This document shows positions 1 to 14,300 of a DNA stretch of 64,000 nucleotides, one piece after another. The first letter of the stretch is position 1. Every line of letters starts with the position of its first letter. The notes beneath the pieces were generated by a model, which worked only from the letters and a program-made list of their open reading frames with translations, was not told the DNA's origin and did not search any database. The stretch is from the human T2T-CHM13v2.0 reference genome, Homo sapiens: assembly GCF_009914755.1 (NCBI RefSeq), contig NC_060941.1, one strand, 5' to 3'. Both the position numbers and the translations under genes were made by a program.

Positions 1-615
1 ATTGAGTAATTTGTAATTATATCCTGGATGTTGTGAATTTTATGTTGTGGTGACTCTGGAGTGTTATATTATTCCAAAGTATGTAAATTGTCCATTTCAA
101 CAGGCAATATACTTGGTTGCTCAAGTTGCAAATTATGTCTCTTGGGTAGCATCTCAAATCTCAGTTCAGTTCTTTAATACTTAAGCCGCATTGAGTCAGT
201 CATACATATCTAGTTGAGGGGGTTAGCCGGAGATATGGGCAGAGTTTATGTGTGAAATTTGGACGACTTCTCTCTGGCTCTCTCTTTTCTTGAATTCCAT
301 GTGCCACCCCTCGTCCTTTCTAGTGGCAGTAGTTGTCACAAATTCTGTTCTCTGATTTTTGAGGCCAGAGAGACTGGGTTTTCTCTTGGAATTTAGTCAA
401 TCTGCATGACACTGATCTAGCCTACTCACAAGCTAGAAGCCTTGGAAACTCACCGGGTGCCATTTCCTTCCTCCAAGTGCCAACTCCCCTTCCGAATCAG
501 CTATTTTGGCAGTTACTTCAGTGAACCGCTTTCTGTAATTTTTCTAAAAGCTATAGTGAAGATGTTCAGGAGGATCAGTCCAGTGGGAATTTACCGAGCC
601 ATGCCAGAAATGGCG
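1..615 (-). mobile_element. Old L1M (L1MC/MD-type) 5' region, antisense
   Basis: Reverse complement from ~612 reads atttctggcatggctcggtaaattcccactggactgatcctcctgaacatcttcactatagc, which resembles ancient L1M 5' ends. Subfamily uncertain. Confidence 0.55.
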
Positions 616-1329
616 CCATCTTCTACAGCTACATTAACAAGAAAAGAAGACTCGCCTCATTTCCTTTTCCCTAGTCTTTCTTTCTCCGTTTTTTTTTCTC
701 TTGGAGTTGTATCTCCCTCCCTATGGAAGTCTGCAGCCTTTTTCGGTGAATCCTTCCCCATTTTCAACAAGAGTAGCTGTTGAACTCAGGTATATATACT
801 TCCTGATATTAGATCCCCCAAGGCACACGATCCTGGTTGGCCACTGCTCTTTTTGTCTCTTTTTACCTGGCTAGGTGATAAGATTTTTATCTCCTCTACT
901 TCCTTCTCTATATATGCCTCCCCGAGCTGTTACACAAACTTCTGTGATCTCTGAACCTTCTCACCAAAGTGGTTAGTGCACCAGTTTTTGTTTCCTAACA
1001 CTAATGAGAAAAAAGTTTTTCTAGATAAGTACACGTGGGGTAGACATAGGGTATATTCTTTTCTGAATTTGTGTTTCCACCAGTAATCTAAGAATAGCGT
1101 TGAGGTTATGACTTCTATTTCATTTCAAATACTCAAGAGGAGTTTATGAAGCTCCTTCCTTTCTAGGTCATCCATGACGACCCAGTACATTTATTCTGCA
1201 GGAATTCACATCTACAGAAGGCTGGCAGTCATCTTCCATCTGTAAGTTTTAGAAAAGAAAACAATTCTTTTTTTCTTAGTCTCAATGCCTATAAAATGAT
1301 TCTTCGTTAGTTATCACATTTGGCTGCCA

Positions 1330-1715
1330 CTTCTTACTCAGGGACTCCGAGCTGCTTCACTGGGGAAAAAGAAACTACTCTGTATATTCGAATAGTAGGA
1401 ATTCAATCAAGGGATTTGTCATAGAGGTAGTGGAAGACCTGAGATACAACTGCAGGAAGCCACTACAATCTCTGTCTGGAGGGACAAAGAAGGTGGTATT
1501 ACTAAAGCTCAGGTCCTGCAGAAACTGGAACAAAGCTGGAGCGTGAAGGAAAACACAGACACACTGCCTGTGGAGCTGCAAAGATGGAAAAAGACTCTGG
1601 TTTCTACCTGCTTGCCACCCTCCAATCTCTCTTCAACATCTGTCATTAAATATAGCTGCAATACAGAGCAGAGCAAGGGAAGTGTCAAAAAAATGATTTG
1701 AAAGCAAATATGAAG
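1330..1715 (-). mobile_element. Possible ancient LTR relic (LTR78/79-like)
   Basis: Weak resemblance only (gaaactactctgtatatt..., ccctccaatctc..., agagcagagcaagggaag). Confidence 0.3.
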
Positions 1716-1810
1716 ATAAATGACCAGCATAAGAAGTATAGCAAATGTCGTAGGAAATTTGAATTTACTTAAGCTGAAAGATCTTAACATGAATCTAAAG
1801 TCAAACTGTA

Positions 1811-1965
1811 GGCCAGACGTGGTGACTTATACCCATACTCCCAGCACTCTAAGAGTCCAAGGCAGTAAGATCACATGAGGCCAGGAGTTTAAGACCAGCC
1901 TGGGCAACATAGCAAGACCTTATCTTTAAAGATAAAAAAAAAAAAACAAATAAAAATAAATAAAA
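1811..1965 (+). mobile_element. FLAM (free left Alu monomer)
   Basis: Single Alu left arm plus A tail. TSD tcaaactgta at 1801-1810 and 1966-1975. Confidence 0.9.
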
Positions 1966-3196
1966 TCAAACTGTAGTGTCTTTAGTTGGGGTGGTTATGG
2001 AGGGACAATCTACGGCTAATTTTGGACTGTTTTAGTCTCTCCTTGCTCCTAACAGAAAACCAGGATGTGGTTCCTCCAGCATTCTCTTGGTTGAGATAAT
2101 CACTTCCATACTTTTTCAAAAACCTCTCAAGTCATCTTCACCTACAGGTGCTATGAAAGAAGAGCCCTCCCTTTCTCTCTTGCTCAGACACCCAGAAAAC
2201 TGAGCTGTAGGATGTTTGCATTCCCCCTACTCTGGCTCAGAATGATTGCATTTGGTTCAGTCACAGAATCAGAATTCCGGTTTCTAGGCATTGAAAGCAC
2301 AGGAGGAGTGCACATCCCATTTCTGCATGTCTGTCCTTCCCTGTGGCCCCCGTGTAAATCTGTAGACTTACAAATCCTTAGGGCTGGCAGGGAGTTGAGG
2401 TCCTGCTGGAGTGATGGAAAGGGTTGGACTGCACCCCATTCAGTAAGGATATTTGGGAACTTGAAGCTCCTTTAGACTTCTCTCTGAATCAGGAGATGTA
2501 CTTCTACTCAGATTACCCTGCCTGCCTCAGCTGGGGGAACCCAGGAAACCACTAATCCCATCATACACAGGGTTACTTGGTACACATGGGCTACAAGGAA
2601 ATACCCAGCCAGGATCTTCTTGCAAAGACCAGGCGATATTCAGAACAAGGATTTCAGCATTGGCAAAGGGCAGTCTTTAGTGAAATTGGGAAACCCTGAT
2701 CTTCTGGGAGGACAGAGAGTCACACCTGGGAGTACCCTGCAGGCAGTCGGGCACACAACACCACACAGGCAGCCTGAGTCTCCTGTGTCCCGTGTGCCCC
2801 TGCCATGTGTGTCAAATGGCTGAACATTTCCGCCTGTCCCGCCTCATGGGATTGGAATAGGTTTACAACAGAAGTGAATGTGGAAGCAATTTGTGAATTC
2901 AAAAGAACTGTATGAATGCCAGCACTATTAGTTCCTCGTTTACTCTTCATTAAGGAGCATGAGTCATTATTGAGACATTTCTTTTTCAGCAACTCTAAGT
3001 CACTGGTGCTCTTTTTTTGTGTGCTCTTATCTCATTGGAAAATAAGAATAAGTCCACTTATTTACTGGTGTGAACATACTCTCCATGAACAGTCCCCTAA
3101 ATATTTTGAAAACTGATGTCAAGTCAACCTTTAAGGACTTCTTTATTAACCTTTGGAAGACTAGCATAATCTTGTGGTCATTGTGCCATTTGATCT

Positions 3197-3309
3197 GAAA
3201 GAAGGAAGAAAAGAAGGAAGGAGAGAAAGAGATGGGGGGAAGGGAGGGAAGAAAGGAAGACAGGGAGGGTGGAAGGAATAGACGGAGGAAAGAAGGAAAA
3301 CAGAAAAAA
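3197..3309 (+). repeat. GA-rich polypurine low-complexity tract
   Basis: gaaagaaggaagaaaagaaggaagg... almost purely purine. Confidence 0.9.
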
Positions 3310-5062
3310 ATTTCAATATACCCTTTATATGTTATCTTTGATTTCCAAGTTGATAATGAAATAGATTTAAAATTTGGATTCTATCTATAGAAAAATAGGA
3401 TTCTTCCTTCTTCAAAAAGCTGTATTGTCCTTCTCCACAAAATAACTGAGATCACCTTCTGAGGACTGCATTCTTCTGGTGAGCTCAAGGATAGTAATAG
3501 GGTCCCTGCCAGGATAGGGCTAGTACCAGGCCCTGTGGATATGTGATGACATGAGTCAATTTGACTTACACATTCCTGAGTTTGTCATCTCAGCAGCTCC
3601 CAGGGAAAGCACCTGGAGTTAAATTTCCATGAATCCACCAGAATAGCAGAGATATCAGGAAGTAGGCTGACTGCTTTGTCAGCGCCTATGTATGAAGATG
3701 GTATCCCCTCTGTTCCCATATCTACCCTGCCACAAGTCCACAGACTTCTCTAGGCATCACACCCCTTCCTGATATCTCATTATCTGAGGGGTTTAGACCC
3801 TACAATCAGGCTACTAGCCATGAACCCACTTAACAGAGACTAAACTCATGTAGTCAATAGAAAAATAAACTAATTAATGTTATTCTATATTTAACAATTT
3901 AGTTTAAAATTACAATGATTTAATTATTAGAACAAAGAATAAATCAAATTTTGATTTGTAGGTTTAGGGAGGTAAAATTTCCCCTTAAAAAGCTGAAAGG
4001 TAGCGTGCCAAGACTTCCTCACCCAATGCTTAACTTTTGCACATGATTTTTAAAAGAGTTGCTCATTTTTTTTTTGCAAACATATTCAAGGGCTTCATCA
4101 ATGTTCTCAATGACCTGCCTTTTCAAATGGATTCATATTTAAATCATTCTCTTATGAAGTCCTTCCATGATATTATCCTTGCTTGTTTTCATTTCTTCGG
4201 TTGTTAACTGGTTTAAATATTTTAGATCCTCACGTATCAGTGGCTTTGCTTGATTCTGGGAGTTCTCCATTCACTTGATAAAGTCCTGGATATTTTGCAA
4301 ATTTTGCAACTTTGCTTCAAAACACATTTGTAGTGTATATGACTACATTAACCATTTCATGCATGTATTAACCATGCAAGAAATCAATATCCAATAAGTA
4401 GGGCAACAGATCCATTCCTAAAGTTAAACTGGGAGGGGTGTTGAAATAGGGACTGATTTCATGCATGGTTAATACATTGGTGGATATTCTTGTAATACAC
4501 TTTGTTTCCCTATGCACCTTCAACATGTAGGAACTTGAATAAGATAGCCACAGACAATGAGCACCTTTGGACATTAGATGCTGCCTTTATGTGGATAAAG
4601 TGGCTGTTGAACCGGGACGCCCATTCTAGACTAGAAAGGGAATCTTCTAGGGTTAGTTCTCTGCAGCTGCCTTATGGTTTGGGCTAGGAGGAGATATGGA
4701 TAGGAGCTAAAAGAGAGGAGTTTTTAAAAGCAAATGAAGCAAAACGCTTTATCAGGTAAAGAAAAGGCATCCACATTTCCTACTTGCACCACAAGTAGTA
4801 CTAGTGAGTCCTACTTGTTAAGATAAACGATAGCCTTGCTTCCAGCAGCCAGTTGTCCCTTGTTTCTAATGAATGTGTCACACAAAGAAAAGACACGATC
4901 ACAGCCAACACTTGCTTCTGCAAACTGGCAATGTCTGCAGCTAAATTCGAATTTAAAAAAAATATTAGAAGAGTATTGAGAAAAGTAAAGAAAAAAGAAA
5001 TTGCATTTAGATTTCAACCTCTCGCCAAGTCCATACTTCCGTCTGATGTTGCAATGAATTAG

Positions 5063-5465
<403 letters not shown>

Positions 5466-5669
5466 AACAATTCATTTTTAAGTGAGCAAACTAAAAAGCA
5501 AGTTTACAGGAGACAGGGTGAACGCCTCTCCTTACCTTACCCCTGCCTACCATGCCAACCTATGACTTGTCCCAGTTGAATGAAGTCATTTTCCATTTTT
5601 GTGTTAATAAGCAAAGTCTGGGAGCTTCCCCATGCCTGGATTGCCATGCCATGTGAGTCCACTGCATAA

Positions 5670-5891
5670 GTGTTGGGGTTTGAATTAAATTCTTGGCTCT
5701 TCCATTACTGCCTGTTTGATCTTAGGTAAGCTGCCAGCCTCTCTGGGCCTCAGTTTGCTCACGTTGAAAATGCAAACACTATCAGTACTTTCCTTACAGA
5801 GTAGTTGTAGGGAGCAAATGAACTAATACACGCAAAGTGTATAACGCTCTTTCTGGCACAAGGCAAGTGCTCAATGAGTGATAGTTACTAT
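5670..5891 (+). mobile_element. MIR
   Basis: MIR core cctctctgggcctcagtttgctc and 3' end ctggcacaaggcaagtgctcaat. Confidence 0.8.
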
Positions 5892-5954
5892 GACTAGATA
5901 ATATGTGGAAAAATACAATATGGAATATATAAGATATGAGAGAGTTAAAAAAAA

Positions 5955-6085
5955 AAACACTGAGAGCATATCATTTGGGACCTCAGTTTTCTTAAGTGTG
6001 AAATAGGGGTGAAAATACCTATTCCAAAGGTGATTTTGATGTTGAAATATTAAATGGGGACAGTCTTTCACTAAATGCTTCGAAG
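5955..6085 (+). mobile_element. MIR fragment
   Basis: cctcagttttcttaagtgtgaaatagggg core. Confidence 0.65.
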
Positions 6086-7574
6086 TTATGGCCCTTATTT
6101 TTATTGCATTAACTGGCTCTGGAGCATACAATTTTGAACTTGGTTGTTTTCTCTGCTGTTTCTTCACCATCCCCAGTCCCACCGGCTAGGGAGCTGGAAT
6201 TCCTGGTGTTCTCACACCACTGTGTACAGCTGTGCAGTGCACAACCTCCATGGCAGTTCTACATTTCATCTCAAACCTGGATCTGGGTCTTATTCAGCCC
6301 TTCTCCCTGCTCCATGTCCTGTGCCCTCAGGAGAGTAACCATGATCCTCCAGGAACCCCTGGAACTCCCCAGCACACGGTGTGGGCTCCTCACCTATGGG
6401 TTCCCCACCTTCCACGCAGGGAGCTCAGAAAAGCCTCAGCCCTGGACTGTGGGTGTGGGAGGGGGCAAGCTGGGGTCCAGGGAGCTTTGGCCCCTGCTGA
6501 GTCTGAGTCATTCTCCCTTTCCCTCAATGAAGGAAATGTAAACATGTAAGAAAGAAAGGAACTCAACACCACCCGTGCTATTTGTCAAAACGGACAATGC
6601 TACTGTCTATGCAGTAGAAGGTTATTGAATCGGGGGTCCAGGAGGCCTGAATCTTTGCTTTGGCTTAGCTTGGGCCAACACCATAACCTGGAGAAGGCAC
6701 ACAGAAGTACACCTCGCCTTCCTGTCCTCATCTGTGAGATTAACTTACCTCTGCATCCTGTGGAGTATTAGTGTGCCAGGGTACCATTCAGGCCTTCCAC
6801 AGAGTGTTACTGTGGTATTCCATGGAAAAGAATGTTGTGAGATGGGAGATGTAATTATTCCACATCAAACAGAATAAAACATCTTTCTTCACAGACAGAT
6901 TTTTCAGAGGGAGGAAGGTTTATCATTGCCCAAACTTACTTTGCCACATTACCCTTTAAATTTTTTTAATGGAACATCTGTTAACATCTTGAAGATGTCC
7001 ACTGAGGATAGCTTGGGCAATGATGAATTACACCTCTTTATAGTCCCTCTTGGTTTAAAATTACAGTGTCTCCTCAATATCAGAGAAATAACTTCGAAAA
7101 GAAAAACTAAAATATGAGTTGGCCTGAGTAATCATTGTATCAATAAGAGTAACTGGTGAAACCTTCTTCTAACCTGTTGAATTAGCATGTGTTTATCATT
7201 CGTTGGGTCAAATTAACCTTTTCATGTATAATTTTGTTAAGATATAGTAATTTTTACATTTATACAGCATTTTAGACATGTAACATCATTAAACTGATGA
7301 CAGGCAAATTAGAAGAAAATCAGACAAGACATTAAATTTGTTAAATAATTAAAGAAGTACCCTATGGTTATATTTTATTCAAAAGTTAATTTCTGATTTG
7401 TTATATTTTTTGAAGGTTCTAAGCTAGTGAAAGAGAGTTTGTTACTTGACAGTAGTGAATTACAAATAAAAAATTTCTAGATTACAGATGAAGACTCAAG
7501 CCATGCTAGATTACTACAATTCTAAGACAAGCTTTAGTTAAAACAGGGTTCCATCATCATGAATACCTACCTGG

Positions 7575-8257
<683 letters not shown>

Positions 8258-8329
8258 TCAAATTTCAATTCCAGTTTTCACTCAGTCAACTCTTCCTGCT
8301 CCTCTAGCCTCTCTCAGGGAATGGTAGGT

Positions 8330-8720
8330 ACCCAGCGTCCTGAGGCCCAGACCCAGGGAGGAGCCCAGACTCTTCCCCACCTCTCCACACCCACCAAGAA
8401 AACACAAAGCCTGGAAATTCTTTTTACCCCCTCTCCAGTCAACCCACCTGTCTCCATCATCGCTGCTGTTTTCCCTGTTCCAGGCACCATAATCTTTACC
8501 CTGAAATACAGCTACTTCAGTGATGGCTGCACCTCCAGCATCTAATCCATTTGCCATACTGCATCTAATCCATTTGCCATACTGCAGCCAGGAAGATCTT
8601 TCCTACGAGATGATGCAGTCATTTACCTTCCTGTCTAAAAGCCCTTCGTGGCTCCCCGCTGCCCTGAGGATGAAGTCCAAACTCCTCAGCATAACATAAA
8701 AGGTCTTTTTTGTCTCCTAC
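8330..8720 (+). mobile_element. L2 fragment
   Basis: aaaagcccttcgtggctccccgctgccctgaggatgaagtccaaactcctcagc matches the L2 3' region. Confidence 0.8.
8538..8586. repeat. Perfect 23-bp tandem duplication
   Basis: gcatctaatccatttgccatact x2 followed by gca. Confidence 0.97.
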
Positions 8721-8752
8721 TTACAATTGCTGGCTTAAAAAACGAATGCATC

Positions 8753-9053
<301 letters not shown>

Positions 9054-9833
9054 GAATGCATTACACATACATATTTATTATATAGTATATTCATTCTACA
9101 AATAAATATATAATGTATAGGCACACACATTTCCACATACAATTAAGTACAAAGAAAATATTACAGACCCCAATGTATAATGATTTGGATTTCACAAACA
9201 TTACCATTCTGCCATATTTATTTATATAATTTTAGATACTGTTTTAAAGAAATGAAATATTATAGATACAGCTAAACGTTCTACACCCCAGCCACAAATC
9301 CCACCTTCCAGGCCAGACATTGCCAGAGGGAATCTACCTTTACTCTTTTCCATCAGCAAAGTTAATTACCCCAGCATCCTTTGGTGAACAGTTCATCCCT
9401 TCCTCACAAATCTGGAGTGCCTTCTCTGTCCTGTATCAGCTGTTTCTCAATGCTTAATTCTATAATTCTGTTCCATTGGTCTCTCTCTTTCAAGACAAGC
9501 TTTTCTTTATTATTCTTAAAAGATGACTTGCCTATTTTTGGCTCTTTATTTCAGTTAGATGTTTGTTATTTTTAACAGAACCTGGATACTAATTTAATGG
9601 CTTTGCACGTTATGGGTATATTCAGGCTTTCTCTTATTTTCTTGAGGAAATAACTATAGTTATTTTTATTCAAATATGTTCATTTGTCTATGGGTTCATA
9701 TTTATTAACACCATTTACATTGTTTTATTAACCTCTGTAAGTTTTTCTAGTTGATTCATTTATGCTTTTATCTTTATTATTGCTTTTTATTTACTTTTAG
9801 AGAGCTTGTGCTTTTATTGTTTTTCCAACTTCT

Positions 9834-10161
9834 TTTTGTTTTTTGTTTATGAATACTATTTTTATTGATACATAACAGTCGTGCATATTTTAGGGGTACA
9901 TATGATATTTTGATACATGTGTACAATGTTTAATGATCAAATCAGGTAATTGAGACATCAATAACCTCAAACATTTATATTTATTGTTTCTTTGTGTTGC
10001 GAACTTTCCAATTCTGCTCTTCTAGCTATTTTGAAATATATTATTAAGTATTATCTCCCTACTGTACCATCAAATACTAGAACTTATTCCTTATATCTAA
10101 CTGTATTTTAGTATGCATTAACCAACTTCTTTTCATCCCCTTCTTAGCCTCTATTAATCAC
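9834..10161 (-). mobile_element. L1MA 3' end, 5'-truncated
   Basis: ttttattgatacataacagtcgtgcatattttaggggtaca...aatgatcaaatcagg. Approximately 19-bp TSD tattgtttttccaacttct / tattgctttttcaacttct. Confidence 0.85.
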
Positions 10162-10213
10162 TATTGCTTTTTCAACTTCTTGGGACAAATGCTTAATTGG
10201 TTAATTTTTAGTC

Positions 10214-10519
<306 letters not shown>

Positions 10520-13500
10520 TGTTTTTCTTAATATAAGCATTGACAGTATTTAGGGTAATAAATGTCCCTATAAATATCAGTTTAACTGTACAAGTTGTGG
10601 TATGAACTGTCTGCAATTTCTATTGTTCTTAATATTTTGTAACTATCAATTTGAATTATTTTTAACCCATCAATTATTTAGAAGTATTTTTAACTTAATA
10701 GTGAATAGAATTTCTTAAAATTATCTTTTAGTCATTAATTTATAATCTTACTTCATCTTTGTTAGAAGACATAGTTTGGGTTATATTGTTTTCTTGATAC
10801 TTATTTAGACTTTGTAATCAAGTATATGGACAATGTTTATAAGTGTTCTTTACTTAAAATATGAAGATGCTTTTTTATTGGAAATGGATTCTTTTATATT
10901 GGGTGGACATTCTAAATATGTTCATCATATTAAGCTTTATGAATGCGTTATGTAAAACATTTATATCCTTAGAAAATATTTATCTCCATTTTTCAGTAAC
11001 TCATAGAGATGTGTTCAAAATTCCACTATAATGTTGGATTCACTTCGTATTCAGGAAATTTTTGCGTTACACATTTTTCGGCTGTCTGATTCAAGACTGT
11101 TAGAACTTCCAAGTGACTTGTGTTTATCTGTAAGAAAAGATTCCCCTTATCTCTAATACAGTTGATTTTGTCTGATATTAAGGTCACTATATCAGCTTTC
11201 TTTTCTTTTTTGCCCACTGTATCTTTTTTCATGCCACTACTTTCAACTTTTCTGTATCATATTTTAGATGGATCTCTTAAAAATAACATATAATTTAGTA
11301 TTTTTTTATTTGATTGTTTTATTCCAGTGTGAGAATCTTTGTCATTTGACAAAACAGTGTAATACGTTTACACTTAGAACTACTGGCATATCTGAACACT
11401 TTTCTACCTTCTAATTTTTTAATTATCATTCTCCATTTATTTTCCTCCTTTCTTGCTTTTTATTGAATTATGTGGGAATTTTCTTCTCTTCCTTCGATTT
11501 GTTCAAAAGTTGTACATTCTTTCCCTATTTCTCAGTTCATTATCCTTATATTTTTAGCAAACATATTCAACATAGTTTTATCAACCTCTCTGCCTTCTTC
11601 AAACAATGAAAGGATCTTAGATCTTCCTTTTAATCTTCTTCAGGTGGTTTTTTTGCTATGTTTCTAATTGTCTGGGTGTTAGTTCTCCTATCTGCTGCCT
11701 TAATAATTCTCATTCATGGTTTTTTGCTTCTTTGCCTGTATCGTAATTTTCTTATGAGTTCTTCCTTGATGAACCCGCTTTATTGAGGGTTTCTTGAATA
11801 GTCTGAGTGATCCTAAGAATAGTGTTCTATTGGTTTCTCCCAGGAGCACAGTGAATTCTGGACCACTTTATGTCAATTTCTCAGTTTGGGATTATCACAC
11901 CATGCATATAAATTCAGAATTTATACCCATGTTTAGTGCAGACTTGACATTTTGATTTTTCAGAGGACATTGTCTAATTTTTAAAGATTTACTTGGAGCC
12001 TGAGACAGACCCTGTGCTTTCTTACAATGTCTCCAAGCCCGGAGACAAATTTTTCTTTTTGTTATTATTATTCTAAACTTGGAGGCCATTTGAGGATCCT
12101 GGCTATGTAGAAGGGAGCTCAATTACAGCCACCCACTTCATGCAATGCCAAAGATACACCTCCTTTCCTCCAGTTCCATTAGGGCAACAAAACCTTAGTC
12201 CCAGCTCACAGCTGCATTCCCAGGTCTGATGGCCCCAGCCTTCAGCAAGGCTGCCAGAGGCTACTGAGGGTGAGAGGGGTACTATGACTAGGTATCTATT
12301 ATTATTGGCATCAAGGGACTTCCATCTACTTCTGCTATTAAACTGTATGTGTAGATTCTACTAAGAATTTCTATGTTGTTTAAAAAGGGAGGAAAATCCA
12401 TATTAGTATACCATAACATAAAAATCAGATTCTGAGTGCATTATTCTGCTTTTCTTGTTTCCTTCTAATCTTTCCTCCCTTTCCACTCCTGACCCAAACT
12501 ATTTTATGTTCATTCTCTCAACTCCCAGGTCTCCCCTTAGAAGCCAGGTAGAGTAACAGCTCTATGAAGTTTGAGAAAACCTGCCCACTTACTGACTCCT
12601 TGTGGTTGTGGTTGAGCCATGTAGCTCTGAGTAGAAAGAAGGAGGAAAAAAAAGATTCAGGCAAAAACGGGGATAGGAAAGAACAAGTCATCAAAGAAAC
12701 TTACAGATATCATCAAATGTATTTTTCGTGAGTCCTCAGTTACTCAGTAGAGTAAATCTCTCAATAATGTTTCAGAATCAAATAAGGCATCATCTTTGGA
12801 ATGATCCTGTCAAATTGATGAAAAACCAAACCAACTTATATATGAAAATCAGCTTTGCTTTCTTTCTATTTGAAGGGGGAAAAAAAATCCTTGGACTAAG
12901 AATATCCCTCACCAAGAGAAAAGAAGCAGAAAGCACTGATAATTAGGTGCAAAGAACATTCCCCCAAATGTTCTTAAATTTCATAGCCAGATACTTTTCT
13001 AAATTTTTTATCACATTTTCTAGGGAAGCATTTTCTGACATTTCCTCCTGTTGAGACAGTTTCCTTTCAGTGATTCTTTCTGCATAACTTTAAGAGGCAG
13101 TCTCCAACAGGTTCCCGCTGCATGTGGCTTTCCTTCTTGGGATAATTTGCCAATGGCAATTGCATTCCTTATGCACTCAGTGACCTACCAGTCTGCCCTG
13201 GGTCCCACGGACTAAATTCTCAAACTCTCCCCTGAGGATCAGTTTTCTTTCATTTTTAATTTTTAAATCTCTTCATCCAGCTGTATTACTTTTGACCATC
13301 AGGTCTAGGTGAGATTGACAGATGCTGACAGTGGTTACAGCTGCTGCTAGCCACTGGTTACCTTAGAAATGGAGGTAAAACAAACACAGGAATTCCAAGG
13401 AACCATACCTCACCTCTAGGTTTCTGAAAACATTGTAGAGTAAATAAATCACAACCCTTTATCTATCAGACTGATTCTGTGGCTGAATTTACAAGAAGAA

Positions 13501-13549
13501 GCAGAGGAAAGAGAGACGGTAGCAGGGGAGGAACAAAAGTCAATTGTTA

Positions 13550-14300
13550 CCAATAGTTCGGAGACAGAAAGCTCTGAGCTTCCATTAAGCAGTTTGATTT
13601 ATAGCTTCGGATATTATGTGCAAGAGCGCCCACAACCCAAAGTGTTTTGTGTCTTGACCTGCAAAAAATAAGTCTATTAACCCTAATCAATCTCCTATTA
13701 TGCAGAGGTGCCTGAAATTTAGCAAGCAAAAGGGTGACTCAGGTCTTGCAGCCCAGGAACTAACCATTGTCTTTGGTAATCTGCAGTAGCTGGGGTCTTT
13801 GCAGAAGCAAAATTATCATTCAGAGTAAGGTGCTTGGGGGGGTGTGGTTTCATCTTTTAATGAGAAAATGGAGGATTGTTTTCATTTTTAATTGCTGGGG
13901 CTAATTAAGGCCTAGGGCTCTTGTGTGAACCTGGACCCTTGCGGATGCGTGTTCACAGACACCTCTGCCTGTGCTTCACCCCAGCTGTGGGTAACCCGCC
14001 TGCCCTGACTTCCTGCTGTAATTAGTAAGGGCTTCTATTCCGATTAAGTACTTCATTACAGAAGCTAATTATGAAGTCTAGCTGGTTCGCTGTGCCTTAG
14101 GAGGGATTTCCTTGTGCTTTGTGAGGGGAATTCTAAGGGTGGGTGTTATTTTAACCTTTGAAGGGCAAAATAGAAATTGGCACATCACACGGATGGTCAA
14201 ATGTTAATATGGGCATGGAAAATGGAAATATTTAAATCCACACCAGGAAAACCAAGCAAACAAAGCTTCTTTTTAACTAAGATTTGGAGAGGGGGTTAGA
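13550..14300. promoter_or_regulatory. Candidate enhancer (repeat-poor, homeodomain/AP-1/SOX/ETS motifs)
   Basis: TAATTA at 13902, 14019 and 14066, TAATTG 13889, TAATCA 13684, TGACTCA 13735, CATTGT 13765, ACTTCCTG 14008. Motif evidence only. Confidence 0.3.

Noticed and set aside
6770-7025. Possible ancient hAT-type MITE
   Set aside because: Faint resemblance only; I could not assign a family or termini.
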